A stretch of 64,000 bases of DNA from NCBI GenBank assembly GCA_030141605.1, contig JAQGDQ010000032.1, positions 662,065-726,064 of the forward strand, read 5' to 3'. The notes under the pieces were generated by a model. It did not search any database, was not told the origin of the DNA, and saw only the letters and a program-made list of their open reading frames with translations. This document shows, piece by piece, positions 51,797 to 64,000 of this stretch. Position 1 is the stretch's first letter, and each line of letters begins with the position of its first letter. Source of the stretch: Tubiluchus corallicola (lineage: Eukaryota; Animalia; Priapulida). A program made the position numbers and the translations under genes.

Positions 51797-54700
51797 CTAT
51801 GAGAAACAAAAAATTAAAGTTTTGGGATTTCAAACCTGCACGTAATGCTGTCGGCCTATCCAAATTGATCTGACAGCGAGAAGAAATACGACAATTTCAC
51901 CAAAATTGGCTATATTTGGTGAAATTCAAGAAGCGACATTTGGTGAGACACAAACGACAAAAGTTGACTTTTTCCAGTGTTTCTTTTCGGCAAACAATGA
52001 GTTGATCTCCAAAACGCGCATAATATCAGTAAGAAGCTTGCGCGTTATATGAACGTATATATTTTATATACGTCATAGGTTAAGAGAAAGTATTTGAAAG
52101 TATATATTACGATTCGAATGCGTATATTAACCGCCAGTTTTCAGTTTTTACAGAAATCAAAATGGTGGAGATGGAAGAGGTGGTAAAACATGTTCAAGCA
52201 TGCTTAGAACCTCTCTTGAACTACAGATTTTTGTCACTACCTGGGTAACGGCATTTTGAAAGTCATAGATAAGTAGTTATATCATATCAAAAGCGTTTTG
52301 TGTTTTTTTTTCAATTAGACCAGTTATCATTACGCCACTTGCATTTTATTTTTACTTCATTTTCAATGGGCATCACAAAACAGATGTACCAAGCAGACTG
52401 TGGTGATTTGACAAACACAGGATTTAAGTTTTATGAAATCGAAAACAAGCTGTACTTTTGCCATTAGTTTAGACGGCTTAGTGCTTTGGTTTCTAGTCGA
52501 AATTTACAGCAGATTTTTCAATTTTTGACGGAATTTTTTTCAATAAATAATTTATTTTGTAGTTTGAAGAATGAAACACTAAGTTGTCATATATGCTTTT
52601 ACCTGACAACAGGGTAGCTGATTATACTATAAAAGGTGTAATAATGGCTTCTTTGATGGGAAGAAAGAGCAGTTGCTTGTCGATAACGTCTAGCCAACTC
52701 ACACGTTGCGAGTCATCGATAAATTGCACCCACGTTAAGCAGAAACCGACCTAAGCAGCTAAGCCATAGAAACCAACGAGCATAAATCTGTTTTTATTGC
52801 CGAGAAATCATGATTAGTGTCGATAAACGTATTGAGTCCTGCAAACGCCGTAAAATCAAGTCAATTCAGCCAACCACAAACAAATCACAGCGGGCACCAG
52901 GGATTCTACGCCTGGATTGCGCAAGAAGACATTCTGAAGGACAAGCGAGGCTTCAGTTTTTATAAAATAAGGATGACAAAATGACTTAATTAAAGGACAA
53001 GAAAAGGCCTAGTTAAAGCAAGTCTCAGAAAATTTTCGCCAAAGAATTATAACGGTTAGAGGCAATCTTAAGCATTTATCATACTCACGTTAAAAGAATT
53101 TCCTGTTTGTTTTCATTTTAAATACCCAGCGAGACTGTCACGGCGACGTCATATTAGATGGCGTCACAGAACCACAACACAAATCTTTATAGTACACGTG
53201 CTCAGAACTCACTGCAACTGTATTCGAGTGATGTCATGCCACTTGATCAGTCACATGCTGGCTTTCAATTGACGTCTATCGCTCCGCCCCCGCTGCAACG
53301 TAAGCACGCTCAGCGGCGTTCGGGACAACAACTGTCTCAGCTAAACTAAACTAAACTAAACAACATGACAGTTACAACTAATGTCTAATCAGCAGATAAA
53401 CTGATTGCTCTTTTTTATAAACACAAATTTGCAGAGCAGCAGCTATTTTAACACGAAATTAACACTTCAAGTAGCCAAAAAATGACTTTCAATTTAAACA
53501 GAATGTAGAGACGAAGTTTCAAAGCACTACAAAATACAGAGACATAAATATAATAAATTAATTAAGCCAGTTAGCCTTGCTTTACAATAAATGAGCAACA
53601 AAAATATTAAGTCTTTCTTGCTTTTAAACATACGAACATCAAGCCTGCGATGTATTTTTCTATATTAATTAATCATGTGCTCGTCTGCAAGATTTATTAA
53701 GTTTTTGGATTTTTCCGTTTGTCAGGCTACGGAAATGGACGACCCTTATATTGAATGCCTGAGTCACATAACTCCCATTGGTATATTTTAATCTTGATTA
53801 TAACCAGAAAAAATAGCATAAAATTAGCTAATATTATATTGATATATATAATATAAGTTTTGACCACATTTGAATTAATTTTGACTGTGAAGATCCCGTT
53901 GAGGTTTATAAAAACTGGCCAGAAAAGACCACATTTTGTTTTGTCCTTATTTAAAGTTAATCAAATAGTTGTTTTTTTCTAACTGGCAAAGCCATAAATT
54001 AAACTAAACTGTGTATTTTCTTGATTGCAAAATGGTTTAATCAGCAACTCATAGACGTAAGCGTTGTGCATTTCTTCCTATAAACGAAACTGGACTATAT
54101 ATTTCCACCAATTCACTTGCAATTTCAATTGACAATAATAAAATCTAGAACCAGGCTAATATTTCTCCCGCTGACTAATGAAAAGTTGGGCATTTTTTAT
54201 AACAGTGTTAGACAGAGCTATAGCTATATGTCCCGAATGTACCTGCTACAGGGGTGTGTGAAATAACTTGCACGCTGATTGGGCAGTCAACGAAAATGAT
54301 TGACATTGTGTTAGACGTCAATTGGCGGACTAAATGAAACATGTCTGCGCCAACGTTTACTGCAGCGGTTGAAATGTTTTACAAAAACTGGAGTAAATGC
54401 GAAAACGTGAGTACTTTATTCGCTTAAGATTATACTTAGGTGATATAGTTTTTTATTGCAAATTTTCTGAGGCTTACTTTTGTTGATCATCTTCTCGTCC
54501 TTAATGCTTTATTGACGTGCTGAAATAATTCGCAGCCCAAACTAGTAGCTAAATATTTGCATCAGCCTCCAAACGATTAGATTCCATATAGAGATTTAAC
54601 AATTATTTTCATACAGAGGAATTGCAAATATAATATGCCGGGTTAGGTTTACACAATTACCTACTTCCACTGTTTCAGTGCTTACAGAGTCATTTCAACG

Positions 54701-55374
54701 TTTGCTAATTCAATAAGCACGGCTGCAATGTTCGCAGAATAATGTTTTTAACTTGGTTTGCAGAGCCAGCTAATCTACTGGAGGTGCTAATAGGCCAAAA
54801 GATTTCTCTTCGCCGAACTTTAGAATTCGCAATATGATTAGGCTGACGCAGTTAGAAAGAGTTATCACCAATCTTTTTAGATTAGGTTGCAAACACGTCT
54901 TTCTACAGACAGGAAATTATTACAAACATTTAGTAAAAGTAGTGAAACCTAAAAATGTATTTAAATGGTCACATCGGTGTAGTTATTGGCTCTTTTAGAG
55001 ATGTAGTCATTTAGTGACTGCAAGTATTTGAAGAAGAAACGATGCGAACGCACACAAATTTTACGAAAAATTCGGCAAGTTAGCGCGAATGCTTTGTAAG
55101 CTTAAGCAATCACAATTAATAAATTGAACAAAATGATTCTAGATATATGATAAAAATGGTTAAAGAATAACCAGCCACACGTTAACCAATCACTGAAAAT
55201 CATACTCGGTTTAAAACGTGAGTTTTAGAAGACAAAAAACACCCTTCATAATTATATCTAAAAAGCGTTTTGAAACTAGCAATTTGTCTTGAAATTCTGT
55301 GTCACTTACTTTGCTATGTTGCGTGCAGAGGTTGTGTTAACATAAACTCCAGCCATGACCTGTTAAGCGCAGCT

Positions 55375-55700
55375 ATTTTAAAGGTAAGTCATTTGAAACA
55401 AGATAACATTGCTTGAAGTTTGAAAAAATAATCAGAGTATTCGTAACTCTTCGCTAAGTAAGCGAAAGTATCAGTTACTTTATATAATATCAATAATATT
55501 ATTTTGGTGAGCCAGTGGTGCACACTAGAATGGTGGTACACTAACGTTTCACTAGTTGGCGTGAAAATTTTAAATTATTAAAAATTTTCTTTTCCAATTA
55601 CATGTCTTTCAAACAGGCAAGATATGCTAAGTAATATAACTATTTACAGAAAGCTTTTTGGCACATACTTAAAATTCCCTTTTCTTCCCTTTTAAAATGG
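55375..55700 (+). repeat. Dispersed repeat family B, copy 2
   Basis: Collinear with 38310-38790. Begins near ttaaaagg and ends near cccttttaa, suggesting another TTAA-type MITE. Confidence 0.6.
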
Positions 55701-57099
55701 TTTACTATGTTGCCTGGAAAAATCGTTAGGTAAGGGAAAAATTGGGGCGGGGGTCGATACCTTTATGCATAATTCAATTTGAGCTACGATATATCAAGAG
55801 AGCTTATGCCGTTGTCGCATTACAAAAAATTATAAAATTCTAGAATGTCAAATTTACTAATAATTTAGATCGACCTGAAATTCTGTATGCATTATGTATA
55901 ATTTTTTCAACGAAGACCGTAATTTTTTAGAAGAAAAAGGGTACTTCGCAACTGCGTTGCGAAATTCTGATCTCACAAAGTCGGGAAGTAATTTTTTAAA
56001 CAAATAGGCAAAAATACTTGTTATCTCAATCTTGTTAGCTGGTTTTAAGTTTTGCGTCATCTGTACCACTGAGCATATAATCTTTGGATTCTCGCTATCC
56101 TTAGCATTAAAGGGGAAAAGAAGCACACGGTAAAGTAAGGCTTAAATTAATTTCCAGGCAAACCAGTTTAAAATCGCTTATCTTTTAACGCAGTGCAAAA
56201 CTTTGTTTTACCAGGAGAAGCAGTTGATTTTGGCTGCAAAAGCAGCCTGTTCGCGCCATTTTGGTTTTCAACTGGCGTGACGTCGCCACTGTTAGACGCG
56301 TTGTGAGCACACAACAACTTCGTTACAAAATAAACAGCGGCTAGTATATTTGCAATTATGCTATAATAAGTGTTCCCTCTCAGTAATTATTTTTCAGCAA
56401 ATTGTTAACTTTTACCTGCTATTTTTAGTTTAACTGCGGCGGCGCAACTTGACCTAGTTTTCTCATACTATGCAGGTAGAACCTGTGCGCACCTTTGTTG
56501 ACCACAATCATTCAGCTTGTGGTTTGATCGAGTGCAGCTGTAAGCTCCCCCAATGCCCTGATGTTTGAGACTTTTTGCATTCCAACATTTTTATTTGTCT
56601 ATTATTTTTAATATCAAATCTGGTAATCGAAATGCATTTCAGTTAAAGCTTTCAGCTCTTTAAAAGAGTTCTCCTTACGTTTTTAGACACTTAGGAAGAC
56701 CTTTCTCCCATTTTTTTCGAATGTGCAAATAGTGCCGGAGGAAGAAAGGTTACTTTAGACAAGTCAAAATATTGCGCATAATGTGTCTAAAATTTGGTTG
56801 TCCTTTGGTTTTATGTATTTATCAAGGCTTGCAATATCGCCAATTACTTTTTTATCTTCATACGTTCCTAGTTTTAGTGGCTCTGTATAGTGCACTGTCT
56901 ATTTTATTGTATGTATTATGACGGTTTTTAAAAGCAAATAAATAATCTTATCACCACTTTTACTACTACATAATGGCTTATCTAATATTTTATATTGTGA
57001 GGGCCATGCAGTTTAAACGCCAATATTAGTCTGTTACAACCGTCTGCGCGCAAGAAATTTGTCTTACTAGGATTTTCCCATAGCAAAATTTTCCTTCAT

Positions 57100-57347
<248 letters not shown>

Positions 57348-59334
57348 TCTCCGTAAACATATTTTGCTTAATAACTCGTTACCCTGCAAGCTAGGCTTGC
57401 AGTTTTGTCATTTTTTACATGTATTTAGCATTGTATGGTAGATGTGCTTCTGGGGGTTTCCGTTAACGTGAGATTCCGTAAGGGCCCGAGACAGGAGCCA
57501 AAGCCAGAAAAGAGGTCATGTCAATAACACCTTAAGCATACCAGCTAGAATCATGAAACTTGCAGGTTAGATACCTGAGATATGTTCAGAGAGTGGTCTA
57601 GGAAAGATGACCGCTGGGTCACGGCGAGAGGAGTCAAAATGTGAACAATAGAGCAAATCACTTGGTTATTCAGCTCCTCTTACAGTTTAGGACTATGAGT
57701 CAATGTTTTTGCATGTATATGTAGCCAAGTAGGCGTAGATGTGCACTAAGTAGTAAGTGTTAATACTGTGTTTCGTCAATAACTGGAAAAGTAAACATGC
57801 TGAAACTTGCAAGGTACCTGGTACCTGGAGACGAGCTCAAATAACAGAATACTGAAAGATGACACTGACTGAAAGGATAGTACATATACATATCGTTAGG
57901 CTCTATCCTTAGGTTGCTAGAAAGTTAACAGCTACTGACTTAATTGGTCGTTGCGCCTACCCAAATTATTACTAATTGAATTTTACACTATTTGACACGT
58001 CTCATCTAAAACGTAATTTCACGTGATGCTTTAGCTTATTGACGAAATTCCGACTAATTTCTAAAAAATAAACATCGCATATATATTTTTGCGCATTACC
58101 TTACTGGTTTTAATGTTGCCTCTTTTGCACCTTCGCAAATGCAGGCCACGGTGTTACATATTGTGACGGCACAAAATCAAGAATTGGACACGATACAAAA
58201 GTCCAAAGACAGACATGCATGATGAAAATAAATTAAATAAGTAAATAAATAAACGGATCTAAATTTCAAAGTGATTCGACAAAAGTTTTAAATTCGCCAT
58301 GAAGTTCAAGTTGAAGTCAACGTTAAGTAAGCATAAAGTACTCTAATAATATAAGCAACCATCTTACAATTTCAATTTAGACATACGTGTATCCACATTA
58401 AGATACTATAGGAAAGCTCCATCCACGTCTAAACGTTTATTTTTGTGGGAATTGCCAAAATTGCAGTGTAAAAATGATGGCTGCTTTATCACAAGTAAGA
58501 AAATTCTCAAAGCTTCACTACCCTTTAAAATGGTTTTGAAGACAATGGAGCCAAACGCAGGCATTCTTCTCAATATTTCTGAGGCTTTTAATTAACAATT
58601 TACGCTCAATTTATGACAAGAATCTTAACGCGTATTGTAAGCAGGATGATGAATCCGATAAGAAAAACTATTTGCAGAGAAACGTAATTAAGGAACGCGG
58701 TGATACAATCGATTTCCATGGGTTGGCGAAAAAAAAACTATAAATCCGCTATGTACATTGCACGTAGTGGAATAATTTAGCCGTCCTTGTTTATCTGCCT
58801 AGCTAGTACTAGATAATAACCTGGAAAGATTTGCTGGGCCAGGAGTATAAAAAGCAGTGCAGAAATCGATTTTTTCTAATACATGTAATAAATAAATAAA
58901 TAAACAGGATGTGGAACGATGTCGATGTATGAATAACACTGCATTTTTTCTTATATCTTGGACATCCCAGTACGTGAATTATGGTGAAGGAAGTTAATCA
59001 TCGCTAGGCTTGGTTAGTAAAGAGTGACATCTCTATCAGTTCAATGTCTCATCAATGAAGATCATCCCTGGTGTGGTACATTCTAGTTCCACAGCAGTTA
59101 CCTGCATTAATTAGGTCTGGGTACTATAACGTTGTACAAGATTATAACGTTTACTTATAATAGTCAAACAAATCATTCTTGGAGCAAAGATTATTTTGTC
59201 AGTCTCTACTAATAAAGTCAAGCAGGAACTGTTTTCTTGGGGTGCCGCCAAAGCCACTTCATTCAGCCGCGCAGTTAATCTTTTTTGAACTAAAATGATC
59301 CTGTTGCTGAGTGGACCATTTTGATCGAAAAAGA

Positions 59335-59650
59335 GTTAGTCAGTCAGTCAGTCTATAAGTCAACGAGTTGGTTTATTAGTTACTCAGTAATTAAGCTAGT
59401 CAGTTATTGAGTTAGTCAGTTGTGACGCCAATTAATCAATCTGCCAGTTAGTCTGGTGAGAAAGTTAGTCAGCTTCCCAGTTAGCAACTGGTTGAAAGAG
59501 TAAGTCAGTAAGTATTTAGTCAAACAGTTAGTGAATCACCAGTCAGTCAGTCGGTCAGCCAGTCAGCCCCTCACACGCCAGCCAACCAGCTATAGCCAGT
59601 CAGGCATTCTTTTGGACAATCAGGCAGTCAGCCAGCTAGTCATCATAGTA
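59335..59650. repeat. Degenerate (CAGT/TAGT/CAGC)n tract
   Basis: Direct reading. Confidence 0.7.
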
Positions 59651-60415
59651 GTCAAACCGTGTCATTGTGTTAGTCACTTGGTTAAGGTCAATGGTTAAAA
59701 TACAGAGACCCGAGAACTGCTCAACAGCACACGTCTCTGTCTCACATAGTGTTTAACGTCACTCAACGCCCATGTATGCAATGGGGGCATCTGGATAACT
59801 GTCTATTCTCTAGGATTTCAGCACCCATCACACCCAACGCTGAGCATTCGGTTGGCATTTTATAAAAACCTCAATCACAGACAATTCTGCGACAGACTTA
59901 TTGAACCAAAGCGAAATCGCTGCCCAGAGAGATAAACGACTTCAATATTAACGGCAAAGTATGATGACACAAATATTTTCAATGCTCAAGAGGATTTACA
60001 AGTAAGTTCGGTAGAAAAGTATAAAAAAGGTCATACAGAACATGTCAACTGTGTCGAAAAGCACGATTACGCCACGAGTATTATGTACGTGGAAAAAATA
60101 GTGTGATCACAAGTAAAGTATTAGGTGTGGAAGAACTAGTGCAATTCGAAATAAAGTCATCACTATGAAGGTCTGCGTAGAGGAGGATGTCCGTCACGCA
60201 GGGTTAGATAGTACGAAAAAATTCGTCCTTGCAGAAACATAATACACACCATTATCTTGACTCAAAAAATGAAGATAATTCATTTTATAGTTATACAGAA
60301 GTTAATCTTTTTAGCTTGTACCAAATAACATTAAATCATTTAATTACATTACGAATATATTATTACGTTATCGTATAGATAATTGTCATAATCATAATAT
60401 CAAGTTTATTGTTAA

Positions 60416-60729
60416 TGATGTTACAAACCCACATTTAATTAAATCTTGATAGCAAACTTGAAAGACTGGAAATGTGAAACAGTTGGGATACAGTCTAAAT
60501 TCGAACCAGAGACCTTCTGCTTACATTAACCATTTACGTTGGTCATCTGCAAAGATGAATTTTGAACTGCCTGTTCCACTGGGATCGAGGTACAGTAGCC
60601 TAGTGGTTAAGGCATTTACAATGTAAGCAGAATGTCTCTGGTTCAAAACCACCTGTATCACAACTTTTCACATTTCCTGTCCTCCAAGTTTGGTAACAAA
60701 ATTTAATTAATTGTGGGTTCGTAACATCA
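60416..60729. mobile_element. Inverted pair (foldback) of tRNA-derived SINE copies
   Basis: Arms 60416-60527 and 60620-60729 are reverse-complementary, e.g. tgatgttac/gtaacatca, ggaaatgtgaaa/tttcacatttcc, gaaccagagac/gtctctggttc and ttctgcttacatt/aatgtaagcagaa. Confidence 0.8.
60589..60660 (+). pseudogene. tRNA-Thr(UGU)-like SINE head or tRNA pseudogene
   Basis: Acceptor stem GGTACAG/CTGTATC, D arm GCCT-AGTGGTTA-AGGC, loop with TGT, and B box GGTTCAAAACC. The anticodon and T stems are mismatched, so it is unlikely to be a functional tRNA. Confidence 0.6.
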
Positions 60730-61380
60730 CTATTGCTTAGAGTTTTTTGTTACATTATAAATTTTGTCATGTTACAATATGCGTTATATTTCAGATACTA
60801 CATAATGCGTTAGTTGCTTTTTTGTCATATTATTGATTAATTTTATTTACGTTATCGGTTAGTTATTACAATATGCGTTAATTTTTTATTACATTATAGA
60901 CTTATTTTATTTTAATTTAATTCATTAAGATTCGGCATAAAAACATATCACACAAAAATAAAATCAAGAGTAATCAAAGTGCATTCATGCTAGGATAGAC
61001 AGCAGAACACTAAATCCCTAAACATCATATTTGCATTACAGTATCAGAAGTTTATAACACCATCATATTATGTTTAAGTTTAAGTTTACAGTCATATAAG
61101 ATATACAAAAGAAATCTAAAATTTTGTTATTTAAAAGCACAATAAAAATTATTCATTTATTTGTCTATTCAAGCACTTTTTCATCTATTTATGTTGCAAT
61201 GAATTAGACCGACATATTTATCTTTTGGTAATTGGCTGATAAAAATACCAATGAGCAACATAATTAAAAACATTATTTGCAAGTATTAATATGCAAACTA
61301 AAATGATAAAAGCAAAGAAATGTGGCAATTACAATACAATATAATGATCGAGCTAAAATCACAATTTAACAGAAAGTAAG

Positions 61381-61530
61381 TAACAACATTTTCATTTTGG
61401 CTTTCAGATGTTGCACATTTCTAACATTTTTTGTGTCATATGGAATTTTGTTCCATTCAGTGGCGCCGCTATATCTAATAAATTGCTTCAAAACATTTGT
61501 TTTACACTTGGGAGCATGGAAGTCGTTTGC
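61381..61530 (-). mobile_element. CR1/L2-like LINE 3' remnant
   Basis: Manual translation ANDFHAPKCKTNVLKQFIRYSGATEWNKIPYDTKNVRNVQHLKAKMK fits the P...T......Y.G...WN.LP..........FK..LK terminal motif. Confidence 0.65.
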
Positions 61531-64000
61531 TTGTCTGTATTTATACCAATGAATATCTTTATTACAAAAAAAAATTGTTAAAAATATTTAGTAAAAAATT
61601 GTCCGTTGTGCAACAGTAATGTCATATAATCAGCAGATATTGTCCTATTTTCTTCCGTGTAACAAAATAAAAAATCCCTTTCTTTACTCAGTTTTATATA
61701 AACGCAGTTGTTTCAATGTTGCGCTTCCTAGCCGAAATGTAACGAAGGCTTATATCGTGAAATAAAGCGTTAACACTGTAGCAGATGATCTGCGATTTAG
61801 CAACACATTTTACAGTTTAGCAGTTTCTTCTAAAACTCTAAAACCACTGCTAGACGCTCGACAAAGCTCCGGATTTATTACGTTATTTTGCAGACGTAAT
61901 TTGGAAACAGAAAAACAGTGCCGAGACATTGCAGGAAACGTTTGCGCATTAATCTGCAAAAATTGAAGCGCCAGAAATAGTTATTTCAATAACTGCAGGT
62001 AACAAATTACAGTGTTTCGTGGCATCTAGATAATTTTGTACCATGTTGCTGAAGGATGTCTAGGCTATGACACCGTAATTAGAATTCCGTAAAATAGTAT
62101 AATTATTACACATCATTACCATATTTGTGCATTACTATATTATCATTACTATGTACATGATACATCATTATTATATTTACAAGTGCCAAGCTAATACATG
62201 TATATACTTGACATTGCATTTAAACTGTAACCGTAATTATGCTTTGCAGTGAAACTATAAACGCAATTACGGTCTTTGCAGGCATCATAAACGGTAATAA
62301 GCCATTTCAGTTCTGCATGATAACATGGAGGATTACACAGTAATGCTGTTAGGTGGCACAAAGCTTTCTACAGCAATAATCATGCTGTAGCCAGCTGAAA
62401 TAATAGAATTATAGCACAACAGCGAGCCGGACATGATTGTGACAGATATTCAGATCGAGGGCAAAGACCGTGAAAGACGAAAGGTATTCTGAAACCACGG
62501 CGGCGAAACTATTATGCAGACATAAGGAACGGATGGTGAAGGTGATCCTTATATAAGACTGTCATGGCAAAGGAAAAATAGAAATTTGACAAAATCAAAT
62601 TTTGTCATTTCAGATCACCACGTTAAAAATATCTAACTGGCCGAATTAACGATGGATTTTAATAAATGTCGCTACATAACGCAGTGTAATTAGTACTGTT
62701 TACAAATGTCACCATCTATTAAAATTATTATGAAACTAATGTAAAGTATGAAAATTACAGATCTGAACTAAGCGTTTTTTGTAATGATTTGAATGTTTGT
62801 AATAATAAAAAACATTAATACATACAAGTGTATAAGCAATAGATTTTATATTTTATGTCTGATTACCGTAAATTTAACTACTTACCACTAAAAAAACCAC
62901 TAACTTTTCGCTACTATGCATCATTTTAGCAAAAAACAGACTTACTATGAGTTGCCCAGATATTAGACATGTATAGTACAAAAAGACTCCAGTATATTCC
63001 TCCAGGTGTGCTATTTATCTGAAATAAAAAACTGCTATTAATGTTACAAAAAATCAGTTGTTTTCGTAAATTAAGTCAGGTAGACTTCTGTCTCATTCAA
63101 ATACCGCTGTACTTAATTTTTCTAATGTTTATTAATAGCTAAAACTAACGAAAAATACCAGTTGTTGAAATTAACAAGCTTAATACTAGTTACAGAAATT
63201 TGGCGTCTTTATTCTTAACGTAGTTTCTCATTCGTATTCGTAGCTGCATTCTTATGCATGACAGGACTTGTTTACAAATTTAATTTATTACTAAGAAACT
63301 GATTTTCGCGAAGTAACAACACACCAACGTGGAGTGACTTTTAAAAGCTTCTCTGCTTCATTAAGAAAATCAAACCATGATTGTGTTCTAGTTTGCTAAT
63401 TTTAATTACTTAAAAGTTGTAATTCGCCAATATATGTCCTCTAGTGAATACTTTGTACGGAGTCTACTCTCAAAGTTGCACGTGTTCACAGATGACGTCC
63501 ATTATAGGAGCCTTAACTAAAAACGAAGTCTTGAAAACTTGAATACGAATTGAACTGAATCGAATTATAGCCATATTTCAGAATGAGTTCCATATAAACA
63601 TACACACTGAAAAACAAATCATACCACTAAGTTATACATCTTTTATTTCAATATTTAATTTTATTATTTATTTAAAGAACTAAATTACGTTACTAGGTCA
63701 TACTAGGTTACTAGTTTAAGTTACAGCACAAATTAATATATATACATACGCAAATATGCATGCTATAAAATAAATCCAACATAACCGTTAGTAAAGAACA
63801 GGAAAAGTACACAAAACTACACATGCAGTTATTGCACACAGTCTACGAAGGCATAGTTAATTTTGTGTTTTACAACAGATTGGATTTTTTTAAAAAACAC
63901 AACCAGTAACACATTTTTACGTTAATTTAGCGATTTCACATTCAGAAAAGTAAATTTGTCAATCGCAGACAAATTAAAAAGTGGGTGGGGGAGGAGAATT

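Noticed and set aside
58098-58225. Candidate upstream (signal-peptide) exon of the CUB gene
   Set aside because: A donor-like site is present, but all three minus frames contain stops before it.
60589-60660. Functional tRNA-Thr gene
   Set aside because: Anticodon and T stems are mismatched, and it carries a tail shared with other dispersed copies, so it is treated as a SINE head.
62420-62570. Possible RTE-like remnant (IQIEGKDRERRK)
   Set aside because: Too short and degenerate to support.

Overview
AT-rich, intron-containing eukaryotic DNA, apparently from an invertebrate animal; nothing here looks prokaryotic. By chaining GT-AG splice sites with consistent phases I can reconstruct four protein-coding loci. 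(1) The probable last coding exon of an unidentified + strand gene (183-296). (2) A two-coding-exon, about 807 aa, 8-TM tincar-like gene (+, 9291-21741, 10 kb intron). (3) The 3' part of a - strand CUB-CUB-LDLa-TM receptor gene of the NETO/LEV-10/SOL-like kind (7 exons, 51796 to 28935, ending in the PDZ-type motif TQV); its 5' exons were not found. (4) A complete 6-exon, 379 aa secreted-protein gene nested antisense in the receptor gene's 13.3 kb intron (+, 35161-41040). It encodes a signal peptide, a stand-alone Caspr/neurexin-IV-type fibrinogen-like domain and a Cys-rich C-terminal domain resembling a galactose-binding/F-type-lectin fold. Several of these exons are missing from the ORF track. 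The rest is introns and intergenic DNA containing decayed LINE fragments, TTAA-flanked and hAT-like MITEs, a tRNA-Thr(UGU)-derived SINE found twice as divergent inverted pairs, and microsatellites. All family assignments come from motif recognition by eye; no searches were run.
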